Assembly: GCA_002731115.1 (NCBI GenBank)
Contig: PBZO01000015.1
Coordinates: forward strand, 1,529 to 65,528
Direction: 5' to 3'
Origin: Candidatus Pacearchaeota archaeon
Lineage (GTDB): Archaea > Nanobdellota > Nanobdellia > Pacearchaeales > GW2011-AR1
Length of the DNA stretch: 64,000 bases
In this document: piece by piece, positions 8,761 to 18,029 of the stretch
Numbering within the stretch: the stretch's first letter is position 1
Layout: the number at the start of each line of letters is the position of its first letter
Program-made: the position numbers and the translations under genes
Notes under the pieces: model-generated
What the model was told of the DNA's origin: nothing
Databases searched by the model: none
Seen by the model: the letters and a program-made list of their open reading frames with translations, nothing else

Positions 8761-10227
8761 ATGATAAAAAAGGATATTACTCAAGTAAAGGAGTGGAAGA
8801 AATTAGGATTAAAATGTGGTTTGGAAGTCCATCAGCAATTAGATACAAATAAATTATTTTGTAATTGCCCTTCTATTTTAAGACAAGAAGAACCTGATTT
8901 TACTGTAAAAAGAAAACTTCATGCTGTTGCTGGTGAAAGTGGGGATATAGATATTGCAGCAAAACATGAGACTGCACAAGATAAGGAATTTATTTATAAG
9001 GTTTATAATAATGTTAACTGCCTTGTTGAATTAGATGAAGAGCCGCCGCATGAGATAAATAAGGAAGCCTTGAAAATTTCCTTACAAATTGCTATTTTAC
9101 TAAATTGTAAAATTTTACCAATTACTCAGATTATGAGAAAAACAGTTATTGATGGGAGTAATACAAGTGGTTTTCAAAGAACAGTAATGATTGCAAGAGA
9201 TGGATTTATTGAAACAAATCAAGGAAAAGTTAAAATTGAAGGACTATTTTTAGAGGAAGATTCAGCAAGACCTATGATTAGAGATGGGAAAAATATAATT
9301 TATAGGTTAGATAGATTAGGGATTCCCTTACTTGAGATTGCAACTGCTCCCGATATTAAAACTCCTGAACAGGCAAAAGAAGTTGCATTACATATAGGGG
9401 ATATCTTGAGAAGTTGCAGAGTTAAAAGAGGTATTGGGACAATTAGGCAAGATATTAATATTTCGATTAAAGGAAGTAATAGAGTAGAATTAAAAGGTTT
9501 TCAAGATCCAAAGATTATGGTAAAAACTGTTGAAAACGAGATTAGTAGGCAACAAGATTTCTTAAAGAAAAGGATGAATAATCCTAGTGAAGTTAGAAAT
9601 GTTTTACCTGATGGAACAAGTAAATTTCTAAGACCTATGCCTGGAGAAGCAAGAATGTATCCTGAAACAGATTTACTCTTGTTAAATATTCATAGAAATT
9701 TAATTAATGAGATTAAAAGAAATTTACCAAAATTAAGAAGCGAAGTTTTAGAGGATCTTAAAAAAACAGGATTAAATCACGAAATGATTAAGTTATTAAT
9801 TAGGCAAAATAAGTTTGAAGAATTTAAGGAATTTTTAAGAATTTTAGATAATCCACAATTAATTGCTAAAATCCTTTTAATATTCCCTAAGGAGATTGCA
9901 AGTCGCGAAAAGATTTCAATAAATAAAATTGGGAAAATTCTTAATAAAGAGGTATTAGTCTATGTTCTTGAAAATTTGAAAAGGAAAAAAATATCTGAAG
10001 ATCAACTAAAACAATCTCTGGAAAGAATTGTCAAAGGAGAAAAAATTGAAAAAGCAATTGTTTTTGAAAAAGAGGATATTAATGTTGTTGAAGAAAAGAT
10101 TATAGAGATTATTAAGAGAAAACAGGGGCTCTCACTAAATGCTTATATGGGATTAGTAATGAAAGAGTTCCATGGAAAAATTGATGGCAAAGAGGTTATG
10201 GAAATTATTAAAAAGTATGTTGAGTAA
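8761..10227 (+). CDS. gatE: Glu-tRNA(Gln) amidotransferase subunit E (short form)
   Basis: LKCGLEVHQQLDTNKLFCNC, CLVELDEEPPH, GIGTIRQDINISI and GatE-type ARMYPETD. Only 488 aa. Confidence 0.85.
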   Translation: MIKKDITQVKEWKKLGLKCGLEVHQQLDTNKLFCNCPSILRQEEPDFTVKRKLHAVAGESGDIDIAAKHETAQDKEFIYKVYNNVNCLVELDEEPPHEINKEALKISLQIAILLNCKILPITQIMRKTVIDGSNTSGFQRTVMIARDGFIETNQGKVKIEGLFLEEDSARPMIRDGKNIIYRLDRLGIPLLEIATAPDIKTPEQAKEVALHIGDILRSCRVKRGIGTIRQDINISIKGSNRVELKGFQDPKIMVKTVENEISRQQDFLKKRMNNPSEVRNVLPDGTSKFLRPMPGEARMYPETDLLLLNIHRNLINEIKRNLPKLRSEVLEDLKKTGLNHEMIKLLIRQNKFEEFKEFLRILDNPQLIAKILLIFPKEIASREKISINKIGKILNKEVLVYVLENLKRKKISEDQLKQSLERIVKGEKIEKAIVFEKEDINVVEEKIIEIIKRKQGLSLNAYMGLVMKEFHGKIDGKEVMEIIKKYVE

Positions 10228-10235
10228 ATTCTAAG

Positions 10236-11543
10236 ATGAAAAAAGAGATTGATTTAACAAAATTAAATGAGAAAAGGACTTTAATTAAAGATATTTTTAA
10301 AAATAAAAAAGATAAAATTGAAATTGTTGGATGGGCTCATAATACAAGGGAACTTGGGAAAATAAATTTCCTTCTTTTAAGAGATATTTCAGGGATTATC
10401 CAGGTAACTGCAGTTAAAGGGAAAATTGATAAAGATATTTTTGATTGCATGGCTAAAATATCTAGAGAGTCAGTTGTTTATATTAAGGGAAGTGTTGTAA
10501 ATTCTAAACAAGCTCCGGGGGGAAAGGAAGTGATTCCTGAAAAGATAATTGAATTATCTCATGCAGATGATTTGCCAATTGATGCAAGTGACTTTTCTAA
10601 AACAGAACTTCCTAAAAGATTAGATTATAGGTTCTTAGATTTTCATAGAACAAGAACACAAGCTATTTTTAAAATACAAAGTGAGATAACAAATGCATTT
10701 AGAGAATTCTTTTATAAAAAAGGTTTTTTAGATATGCAGCCTCCGTGCATTATTAGCTCATCATCAGAGGGAGGAACAGAATTATTTAGTGTAAGATATT
10801 TTGAAAAGAATGCATATCTTGCCCAATCCCCGCAACTCTATAAACAAATGGTTGCTTGTTCAATGGAAAAAACGTTTATAATTACTCCTGTTTGGAGAGC
10901 TGAAAAGCATAATACTACAAGACATATTAATGAAATAAGGCAAATGGATATTGAAGTTGCTTTTGCTAATCAAGAAGTTGTAATGAAATATCTTGAAGAA
11001 TCTGTGAAATATATTATAGGAGAAGTCATTAAAAAATGTAAAGATGAATTAGAACTATTAAAAGTTAAATTAAAAATCCCTAAATCTAAATATTTGAGCT
11101 ATGATGAAGCAGCCAAACTTCTTAAGATGAAATATGGAGAAGACTTGAGTCCGGAAGATGAAAGAAAGCTTGATAAAAAATTTCCAGATACAATTGTTTT
11201 TGTTCATTCTTGGCCATTATCTTTAAAGCCATTTTATATTATGCCTAAGACATTAAATAAAAATGAAAAACTCTCAAATGGATTTGATGCAATTTACAAA
11301 GGGATTGAGATTTGTTCTGGAGGGCAAAGAATCCATATGCCTGGTTTATTAACCGATAGATTAAAAGCTAATGGATTAGATCCTAAAAATTTTAGATCAT
11401 ATATTAATAGCTTCAAGTATGGTAGCGCTCCCCACTCGGGTTGGTCTGTAGGGTTAGAAAGATTAACTCAGGTAATTTGTGGACTTGATAATATCAAGGA
11501 AGCTACAATGTTTCCTAGGGATAGGGATAGACTTACACCATAA
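10236..11543 (+). CDS. aspS: Aspartyl-tRNA synthetase (archaeal type)
   Basis: 435 aa. N-terminal OB anticodon-binding domain and class II motifs (QSPQLYKQ, FRAE-like VWRAEKHNTTRH, GGQRIH, GLERL). Confidence 0.9.
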   Translation: MKKEIDLTKLNEKRTLIKDIFKNKKDKIEIVGWAHNTRELGKINFLLLRDISGIIQVTAVKGKIDKDIFDCMAKISRESVVYIKGSVVNSKQAPGGKEVIPEKIIELSHADDLPIDASDFSKTELPKRLDYRFLDFHRTRTQAIFKIQSEITNAFREFFYKKGFLDMQPPCIISSSSEGGTELFSVRYFEKNAYLAQSPQLYKQMVACSMEKTFIITPVWRAEKHNTTRHINEIRQMDIEVAFANQEVVMKYLEESVKYIIGEVIKKCKDELELLKVKLKIPKSKYLSYDEAAKLLKMKYGEDLSPEDERKLDKKFPDTIVFVHSWPLSLKPFYIMPKTLNKNEKLSNGFDAIYKGIEICSGGQRIHMPGLLTDRLKANGLDPKNFRSYINSFKYGSAPHSGWSVGLERLTQVICGLDNIKEATMFPRDRDRLTP

Positions 11544-11656
11544 GATTATTAAATTAAATCCATTCTTTTTAATTATTAAAATTAATGGCAGATGTTGTGG
11601 GATTATTTATTAGTTGATATAGATTAATTTTTAAATTACTTCTTCTTAGAGTTATT

Positions 11657-11914
11657 ATGGATTTTTTATGGCATGAAGTATCTGAAAAAGAGAAGAAAGA
11701 AATCAAAGAAGAAGCTAAAGATATAATGGATTCTTTTTCTAGGAGATTAAGTAAAATTGATAAGAAGATAGGAGAATCTCTAATTGAACGAAAGAAATGT
11801 GAAAGAAAAGAAGGAGAATCATCCGAAGGTGATATTGAATTTAGAGAAATTATGTTTGAGAACGCTCCACAGAAAAATAAAGATTTTATAATTGCAGAGA
11901 AGAAGAAATGGTAA
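11657..11914 (+). CDS. gatC: Asp/Glu-tRNA amidotransferase subunit C
   Basis: 85 aa ending in a GatC-like tail (IMFENAPQKNKDFIIAEK). The stop overlaps the gatA ATG (ATGGTAA). Confidence 0.7.
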   Translation: MDFLWHEVSEKEKKEIKEEAKDIMDSFSRRLSKIDKKIGESLIERKKCERKEGESSEGDIEFREIMFENAPQKNKDFIIAEKKKW

Positions 11915-13227
11915 ATACACAACAAAAACTAAAAAAATACCTTGAAGAAATTAAAAAAAATGACCAAAAAGGAAATAAGATAAATGCATTTTTGCAATTA
12001 AATCCTAATGCAAAAGATGAAGCAAAAAAAATTGATTCTAAAAGAAATAAGGGAAAACTCGCTGGATATATAATTGGTGTAAAATCTGCAATAAATGTTA
12101 AGGGACTTAATGCTTCTTGTGCGAGTAAAACTCTTGAAAATTACAAGGCTCCATATGATGCAACTATTATCAAGAAAATAAAGGATGAAGATGGATTAAT
12201 TATAGGTATGAATAATTGCGATGAATTTTGCTTAGGCGGTTCTGGTGAAACAAGTGCATATGGGCCAACAAAAAATCCCAAGAATCTAAGATTAATCTCA
12301 GGAGGTTCAAGTTCAGGAAGTGCAGCTTCTGTTTCTGCTAATTTTTGTGATATGTCTTTAGGAAGTGATACTGGTGGAAGCATTAGAAATCCATCAAGTC
12401 ATTGCGGAGTTGTTGGAGTAAAACCAACATATGGGAGTGTTTCAAGATATGGTTTAATTGATGTTTCAATGAGTTTAGATCAAATAGGGCCAATAACAAA
12501 AAATGTAAATGAAGCTGCTTTGTTATTGAGTGTTATTTCTGGAAAAGATGAAAATGATTCTATAACTCGGGATTCAGAAAAATTAAATTTAAGAGAAATT
12601 GAGAAAATTCCAAAAAATATTATAGTGGGTGTTTTGGAATTTAAAATAAAAGATCAAAGAATACAAAAATTAATTGATGATAAAATAAAAAAAGTTGCTG
12701 ATAAATACGGATGGAAAATAAAAAAATTAGAGATGGAATTCTTAGACCTTGCTGTTGAGATTTATTATCCTTTGGTTTATGTTGAATTTTTTTCTGGAAC
12801 AAGAAGGTTTGATGGAAGAAGATATGGAAGAAGAATAGAGGAAGTTGCAGGACCTGAAGTTTTAAGAAGAATTTTAGGAGGAAGTGAAATCACAAGATCA
12901 GAATACCATGGAAGGTATTATCACAAATCATTAAAGGCAAAAAAACTTATTGAAGAAGAATTTGAAAATATTTTTAAAAAAGTTGATTGTATTATTACAC
13001 CAACTATTCCGAGACTTCCACATAAAATTGGAGAAAAAATTTCTGTAAAAGATATGTATGATTATGATGCTCTGACAATCCCCTCAAATTTAGCTGGAAA
13101 TTGCGCAATTTCAATTCCTTCTGGGGAAATTAATGGAATTCCTGTTGGAATGCAGATTATATGTGATAAGTTTAAGGAACAAAAAATGTTACAGATTGCA
13201 AGAAGTATTGAGAAGTTAGATATTTAA
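11908..13227 (+). CDS. gatA: Asp/Glu-tRNA amidotransferase subunit A
   Basis: Amidase signature GGSSSGSAASV and GSDTGGSIRNPSSHCGVVGVKPTYG. 439 aa. Confidence 0.9.
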   Translation: MVNTQQKLKKYLEEIKKNDQKGNKINAFLQLNPNAKDEAKKIDSKRNKGKLAGYIIGVKSAINVKGLNASCASKTLENYKAPYDATIIKKIKDEDGLIIGMNNCDEFCLGGSGETSAYGPTKNPKNLRLISGGSSSGSAASVSANFCDMSLGSDTGGSIRNPSSHCGVVGVKPTYGSVSRYGLIDVSMSLDQIGPITKNVNEAALLLSVISGKDENDSITRDSEKLNLREIEKIPKNIIVGVLEFKIKDQRIQKLIDDKIKKVADKYGWKIKKLEMEFLDLAVEIYYPLVYVEFFSGTRRFDGRRYGRRIEEVAGPEVLRRILGGSEITRSEYHGRYYHKSLKAKKLIEEEFENIFKKVDCIITPTIPRLPHKIGEKISVKDMYDYDALTIPSNLAGNCAISIPSGEINGIPVGMQIICDKFKEQKMLQIARSIEKLDI

Positions 13228-13352
13228 AAAAATATTATTAGTTTTTATTCTTGAGTTTACAGTATAGAGGGAATATCTTTCAGATTTATATTGAGGCAAT
13301 AAGAAAAAGAGAACCTCAAAAAGCTTAAAAACAAATCCAAATTCTTAATTTT

Positions 13353-14012
13353 ATGAAAATAGGGGAAGTAGAAATCAAATGGTTAGGGCATGCCGGATTC
13401 TTAATTAAGAATTCTAAAGTAATTTATATTGATCCCTATAATATAAAGGAAGAGTCTGAAAAAGCTGACTTAATTTTAATCACACATAGTCATTATGACC
13501 ATTGTAGTGTGGGAGATATTAAGAAGATTATAAAAGATGGGACAAAAATTATTGCAACAGCTGATTGCCAGAGTAAAATAATAAGATTTGAAGTCCCAAT
13601 TAAAATAATAGAACAAGGACAAGAATTGGAATTTGGAGATTTAAAAATCTCTGCCTTACCTGCTTATAATATTGATAAACATTTTCATTCTAAAAATGAA
13701 GGATGGGTGGGATACTTGATTAAAATGAATGATCTCTTGATTTATTATGCGGGAGATACTGATTTAATCCCTGAAATGAAGAATCTTACAGGATATAATC
13801 AACAAAATAAAAAATTTATTGCTTTACTTCCTATTGGAGGAAGATTTACAATGAATGTAGAAGAGGCAATTGAAGCTACAAAATTAATAAAACCTACTTT
13901 AGCTATTCCTAGTCATTTTGGAAGTATAATCGGATCAGAGAAGGATGCTAAAGAATTTGTTGAATTATGTAAGGAAGAAGGGATAAATGCAGAGATTTTA
14001 GAGTGTGAATAA
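13353..14012 (+). CDS. MBL-fold metal-dependent hydrolase (UPF0173-like)
   Basis: IKWLGHAGFLIK N-terminus, HxHxDH motif (THSHYDHC) and a later AGDTD. Confidence 0.75.
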   Translation: MKIGEVEIKWLGHAGFLIKNSKVIYIDPYNIKEESEKADLILITHSHYDHCSVGDIKKIIKDGTKIIATADCQSKIIRFEVPIKIIEQGQELEFGDLKISALPAYNIDKHFHSKNEGWVGYLIKMNDLLIYYAGDTDLIPEMKNLTGYNQQNKKFIALLPIGGRFTMNVEEAIEATKLIKPTLAIPSHFGSIIGSEKDAKEFVELCKEEGINAEILECE

Positions 14013-14013
14013 A

Positions 14014-14586
14014 ATGCTAGAGGATAATTTCCAGCAGAAAAAAAAAGATAGTCTTTCTAAACTAGATAAATCTTCAAAAGGAGAGTGGGATGAGGATATT
14101 ATCAATTTATGTGATAAGATAAATTCCTTAAAAAACTATTATACTACCTCTTCTTGTTCTGGTAGAATTGTTTTAATGATAGACCAGGATAAAAAAGAAG
14201 AAGGATTATTTATCAAAGTTTATCATGATTTAATCTCTTTTCAAGAATTCAAAAAAGACTTGAATAAGATTATTAAAGCAAATAAAAAAAGAATTAAATT
14301 CAAGCTAGAGCCATGTATTTTACATGTTGCATGCGAAAATCCAGAAGAAGCTTTCACACTTTATACTAAAGCAAAACTAGCTGGGTGGAAAAAATCAGGG
14401 ATGATCTCATTTGGAAATAGAGCAATAGTAGAATTGAACAGCACCGAAAAATTAGAATTCCCCCTAATAAATAAAGACAAAATCTTAGTTGATGATATTT
14501 TTCTGAAGATAGTTGTCCAGGAAAGCAACAAAAAACTCAAAAAAAGTTGGGAAAAGATTAAAAAATTAAGGAATTCCCTAAAATAA
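14014..14586 (+). CDS. taw3: tRNA wybutosine/wyosine-synthesizing protein 3 homolog (Taw3/TYW3-like methyltransferase)
   Basis: TYW3 signature TTSSCSGRI. I prefer the ATG at 14014 (2 nt after the upstream stop) over the GTG at 14005 in the ORF track. Confidence 0.6.
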   Translation: MLEDNFQQKKKDSLSKLDKSSKGEWDEDIINLCDKINSLKNYYTTSSCSGRIVLMIDQDKKEEGLFIKVYHDLISFQEFKKDLNKIIKANKKRIKFKLEPCILHVACENPEEAFTLYTKAKLAGWKKSGMISFGNRAIVELNSTEKLEFPLINKDKILVDDIFLKIVVQESNKKLKKSWEKIKKLRNSLK

Positions 14587-14777
14587 TCCTTAATTTAGAC
14601 TATCAAAATATTTTTAAATAGAGAAATCTTAATATTTTTATAATATTAATTTATTAAGCTTGGCGGTTTTAATAAATTAATTGTATGTCATTGAATTATT
14701 TCTTATTAGTTGGAAGTGTGTCAAGTATTTAAACTTTTCGATGAAAAGAAACTTGAGAACTTCTTATAGAGATGAAA

Positions 14778-14783
14778 GGAGGT
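14778..14783 (+). promoter_or_regulatory. Shine-Dalgarno-like GGAGGT upstream of ftsZ
   Basis: GGAGGT lies 8 nt upstream of the ATG at 14792. Confidence 0.35.
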
Positions 14784-14791
14784 CAAAAGAT

Positions 14792-15871
14792 ATGGTATTA
14801 GATTTTACAAAAGAAGCAGTAGAAAATACAGAAACTCATAGTATTAACTTTGAAGAACTTAAGGCTGGAAAGGCTAACATTAAGGTTTTTGGTGTTGGAG
14901 GTATGGGAAGTAATGCTGTAACCTGGCTTTTTAATAAAGGAATTAATGGTGCTACAATCTATGCTGCAAATACAGATGCTCTTCATTTGAGTGTTACAAA
15001 ATCAGATGATAAACTTCTTATTGGTAAAGAATTAACAAGAGGTTTAGGTGCCGGAGGAGTACCTAATAAAGGTAGAGAAGCTGCAAAAGAAGCTTTAGTT
15101 GAAGTAAAAAAAGCAGTTTCAGGTTCTGATATGGTTTTTGTTGTTGCAGGAATGGGTGGTGGAACAGGAACTGGTGCAGCTCCCGTAATTGCCCAATTAG
15201 CTAAAGAAACTGGAGCAGTTGTAATTAGTGTTGTTTCAATGCCATTTGAATCAGAAAAAGCAAGAATTGATAAAGCTGAATTTGGTTTACAAGAGTTAAG
15301 AGATGTAACAGATACATGTATTGTCCTTGATAATAATAGACTTGTTGATATTGCCGGACAATTACCTATTGAACAAGCCTTTGCTGTTGCTAATGAATTA
15401 ATTAGTACAATGATCAAAGGAATTGTTGAAACTATTACTCTTCCAAGTTTGATTAATTTGGATTATGCAGATGTTTCTACAATTATGAAAAATGGTGGTG
15501 TTGCAGTAATTGGTATAGGTGAAAATGACTCGCAAGATCGCGTGAATGAAGCTGTAAAACAAGCCCTTACTCATCCTCTACTTGATGTGGATTATAAAGG
15601 TGCAACAGGAGCTTTAATACATGTAACTTGTGGTCCTGATTTAAAATTAGAAGAATTTGATGTTATTGGTAGAACAGTTTCTGAAAACTTAAGTCCCGAA
15701 GCGCAGGTTATAATTGGTGCTAGAATCAGTAAAGATTTTTCTGGTAAAGTTAGAGTAATAACAATTATGACAGGAGTTAAATCTCCATATGTCTTGGGAA
15801 AAGCAACAGAAGATCAAGCTCTTCCTATGTCTAAAGAAGTTTCTGATTTAGGAATAGAAGTTTTAAGATAA
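14792..15871 (+). CDS. ftsZ: Cell division protein FtsZ
   Basis: GVGGMGSNAV and the tubulin signature GMGGGTGTGAAPVIA. The start is set at the ATG at 14792, preceded by GGAGGT. The ORF-track start at 14681 (TTG) and the ATG at 14741 are alternatives. Confidence 0.9.
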   Translation: MVLDFTKEAVENTETHSINFEELKAGKANIKVFGVGGMGSNAVTWLFNKGINGATIYAANTDALHLSVTKSDDKLLIGKELTRGLGAGGVPNKGREAAKEALVEVKKAVSGSDMVFVVAGMGGGTGTGAAPVIAQLAKETGAVVISVVSMPFESEKARIDKAEFGLQELRDVTDTCIVLDNNRLVDIAGQLPIEQAFAVANELISTMIKGIVETITLPSLINLDYADVSTIMKNGGVAVIGIGENDSQDRVNEAVKQALTHPLLDVDYKGATGALIHVTCGPDLKLEEFDVIGRTVSENLSPEAQVIIGARISKDFSGKVRVITIMTGVKSPYVLGKATEDQALPMSKEVSDLGIEVLR

Positions 15872-15884
15872 ATTTTTATTATAT

Positions 15885-15917
15885 CTTAGGGCCTGAAAAG
15901 GCCTTAGGATTTTTTTA
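15885..15917. terminator. Hairpin plus T-run between convergent ftsZ and nitroreductase genes
   Basis: CTTAGGGCC-TGAAAA-GGCCTTAGG forms a 9-bp stem including 2 G-U pairs, followed by ATTTTTTT. It sits in the 50-nt convergent gap. Confidence 0.4.
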
Positions 15918-15921
15918 AGAA

Positions 15922-16488
15922 TTAAACATTCAATGTTTTTGGATTTCTCATTTTTTTATTTTTGTATTCATTAAAATAAAGAATTCTATCAAGTTCTATT
16001 TTTGAAGTTTGTTTTTTTTTCATCCCCTTGACTTTGGTTTCATATCCTATGGGAAATACTGCTTCAACTATAATGTTATCAGGGATTTTTAATTCTCTTT
16101 TAATCTGTTTTTCTACAAAATGTCTAACCCAATATGTTGAAAGCTCTATTTCTCCTAGTTTCAATAAAAAATTTTGAATTCCTGCCCCTGCTTGTTGAGT
16201 ACAATAAGTTTTTCCTTTTTCCTTATAAAGATTTATTGTTCTAATTGGATCTGAACAGACAATTACAACATAGTGTGCTTGAGAGATAAACTGTTGTTGA
16301 CAATATTCTGCAATTTTCTGAATTTTCTCCCTATTGTCAATAAGAATAAATTTTAAGGAATAATTATTTCCTGCCATTGAGGCATATCTAGCTTTATCTA
16401 TTGCTTCAATTATATCTCTCCAATCGGGTTTTTTATCACTAAATTTCTTTAAATCCTTACATGACTTAATTGCTTTATCTAATTCCAT
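15922..16488 (-). CDS. Nitroreductase-family protein
   Basis: 188 aa with nitroreductase-like layout (KDLKKFSDKKPDWRDIIEAIDKARYASMAGNNYSLKFILI...). Confidence 0.6.
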   Translation of the reverse strand: MELDKAIKSCKDLKKFSDKKPDWRDIIEAIDKARYASMAGNNYSLKFILIDNREKIQKIAEYCQQQFISQAHYVVIVCSDPIRTINLYKEKGKTYCTQQAGAGIQNFLLKLGEIELSTYWVRHFVEKQIKRELKIPDNIIVEAVFPIGYETKVKGMKKKQTSKIELDRILYFNEYKNKKMRNPKTLNV

Positions 16489-16532
16489 AATTTAATAGAA
16501 TAAAGATATGTTTAAAAAAGTATTGTAAAAAA

Positions 16533-16605
16533 CGTCCTCGGAAGGACTCGAACCTTCGACCTAACGGTTAACAGCCGTTCGCTCTACCAACTGAGCTACA
16601 AGGAC
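16533..16605 (-). tRNA. tRNA-Asn (anticodon GTT)
   Basis: The reverse complement folds as GTCCTTG-TA-GCTC..GAGC-AACGG-CTGTTAA-CCGTT-..-GAAGG-TTCGAGT-CCTTC-CGAGGAC-G. No CCA. Confidence 0.85.
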
Positions 16606-16638
16606 CTAAAAACTGAAATTTAATTTTGTATTTAAAGT

Positions 16639-17139
16639 TTATCCTTTCAACCCTAAATCAACAATATCTTTTATTTGATGTTTTTCTAGAAAATTATAAA
16701 CATTTGACTGTTTTGAACCTTTAATAATCAAAATTATTGCATTTTGCGCATTTTCTATATATTCAGGATCTCCAATAATTCCAATATGATTATCTTTTAA
16801 TTCAAAATGACATTTGGTTAGTTCATTTAATGTTTTTAGTGTTTTCCCCTTTGTTCCAATAATTCTTGCTCTTATTCTTTCTAAATCCTTTCTTTTAGTA
16901 TAGTCTTTTATATTAATTATCTCAAAGATATTATCTTCTTCCTTAATTAGCATCGAGGTTTTAAGTGAAAAACCAAAATTTATTGCATCAATAACCTTCT
17001 CTGCTAAATATTCATTTTCTGGTTTCCCCTCAATTGAAACTTCTTTACCTCTATTAGTTATTTTTATATTTAGTCTTTCTTCTAATCTTTTTTTGTTTTT
17101 TAAAATTCTTGGAAGTTTTTCTGAAAGAATTGTTTTCAT
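16639..17139 (-). CDS. KH-domain RNA-binding protein (archaeal Dim2/Pno1-like)
   Basis: Two KH-like modules (IIGTKGKTLKTL, GIIGDPEYIENA). It lies immediately downstream of aIF-1A, the conserved archaeal context for Dim2. Confidence 0.6.
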   Translation of the reverse strand: MKTILSEKLPRILKNKKRLEERLNIKITNRGKEVSIEGKPENEYLAEKVIDAINFGFSLKTSMLIKEEDNIFEIINIKDYTKRKDLERIRARIIGTKGKTLKTLNELTKCHFELKDNHIGIIGDPEYIENAQNAIILIIKGSKQSNVYNFLEKHQIKDIVDLGLKG

Positions 17140-17152
17140 GTTAATTTATTAT

Positions 17153-17470
17153 TTAAAATTCAGTTTTCTCACTTTTTAAATATCCTTTTTTCTTTAACCA
17201 TTCTATCTGGTTTAGACGGTATTTGAATATTACATCTCCTTTATTTTTATCTAATTCCCATGGTTCTATAATTACAACATCATTTGGTCTTAACCATAGT
17301 CTTCTTTTCATTCTACCCGGGACTCTACAATTTCTTGTTTTTCCATCCAGACAATTAACCATTATTTTATTACCTCCTAGTCTTTGTTCTATAATTCCAA
17401 TTATCTCTTCCCCTCTTGGAAGTCTAACTCTTACCACTTTGGGTTCTTCTTGATTTTGATATTTTTTCAT
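17153..17470 (-). CDS. eif1a: Translation initiation factor aIF-1A
   Basis: S1/OB core VRVRLPRGEEIIGIIEQRLGGNKIMVNCLDGKTRNCRVPGRMKRRLWLRPNDVVIIEPWE. Confidence 0.85.
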   Translation of the reverse strand: MKKYQNQEEPKVVRVRLPRGEEIIGIIEQRLGGNKIMVNCLDGKTRNCRVPGRMKRRLWLRPNDVVIIEPWELDKNKGDVIFKYRLNQIEWLKKKGYLKSEKTEF

Positions 17471-17508
17471 ATTTATTAAATCAGAAATTTATTTATAAAG
17501 ATATTGAA

Positions 17509-17805
17509 TTATTTGAGAATTAAGGCAAAAGGAATTCCTTGTATCTCTCTAATACCTTCTTTAGAAATAATCCCCTCATCTAATGCAGTTTTTATTGAAT
17601 TTTCTCCAACAATATTAAAAGTTGCATCTTCTTTTATCATATCAGTCATTATTCTCCTTACTTTCTCAACAGACTCTTCCTTACCCTTAAAGAAACTTTC
17701 TTTAATATCTAATTGAAATTCTCCTTCTTCAAATTTTTTTCCAATTAAATTTGAATCACATATAGCAACAATATCTCTATATGTTTTGATAATATTTACA
17801 AACAT
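17509..17805 (-). CDS. DUF424-family conserved archaeal protein
   Basis: 98 aa. IVAICDSNLIGKKFEEGEFQLDIKESFFKG ... IQGIPFALIL fits the pattern I remember for DUF424. Confidence 0.55.
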   Translation of the reverse strand: MFVNIIKTYRDIVAICDSNLIGKKFEEGEFQLDIKESFFKGKEESVEKVRRIMTDMIKEDATFNIVGENSIKTALDEGIISKEGIREIQGIPFALILK

Positions 17806-17823
17806 AATAAAAATTAAATAAAT

Positions 17824-17973
17824 TTACTTGGTAATTCCACCCATTCTACAAACAGTTGTTTCACAATGAGGGCATTTGCCTTTAGCAATCTTTGTTCCCT
17901 TTTTTGTTTTGCTCTCAACCGGGTTTTGTATTCCAACTTTCTTTTTACACTTTACACAATATCCTTCTGTCAT
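17824..17973 (-). CDS. Small zinc-ribbon protein (DUF5679-like), 49 aa
   Basis: Missing from the ORF track because it is under 60 aa. MTEGYCVKCKKKVGIQNPVESKTKKGTKIAKGKCPHCETTVCRMGGITK has CxxC...CxxC and a clean ATG and TAA. Confidence 0.55.
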   Translation of the reverse strand: MTEGYCVKCKKKVGIQNPVESKTKKGTKIAKGKCPHCETTVCRMGGITK

Positions 17974-18029
17974 TTTTATCCTCCAATTTAATTAAATTCT
18001 AATGAATTCATTAAATTCCCTAGGGATAT

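Noticed and set aside
14681-14791. N-terminal 37-aa extension of the ftsZ ORF (TTG start at 14681).
   Set aside because: The extension (MYVIELFLISWKCVKYLNF...) is not FtsZ-like. An ATG at 14792 with a GGAGGT 8 nt upstream gives a normal FtsZ N-terminus. The ATG at 14741 remains a possible alternative.
14983-15417. 144-aa ORF antisense to ftsZ.
   Set aside because: It is a shadow ORF of the Gly/Ala-rich (GC-richer) core of ftsZ and has no motifs.
16533-16605. Whether the tRNA-Asn and tRNA-Gln genes in the window are functionally linked to the gat cluster.
   Set aside because: They lie 3-48 kb from the cluster among unrelated genes. Their presence is expected in any genome, so it is not evidence for linkage.
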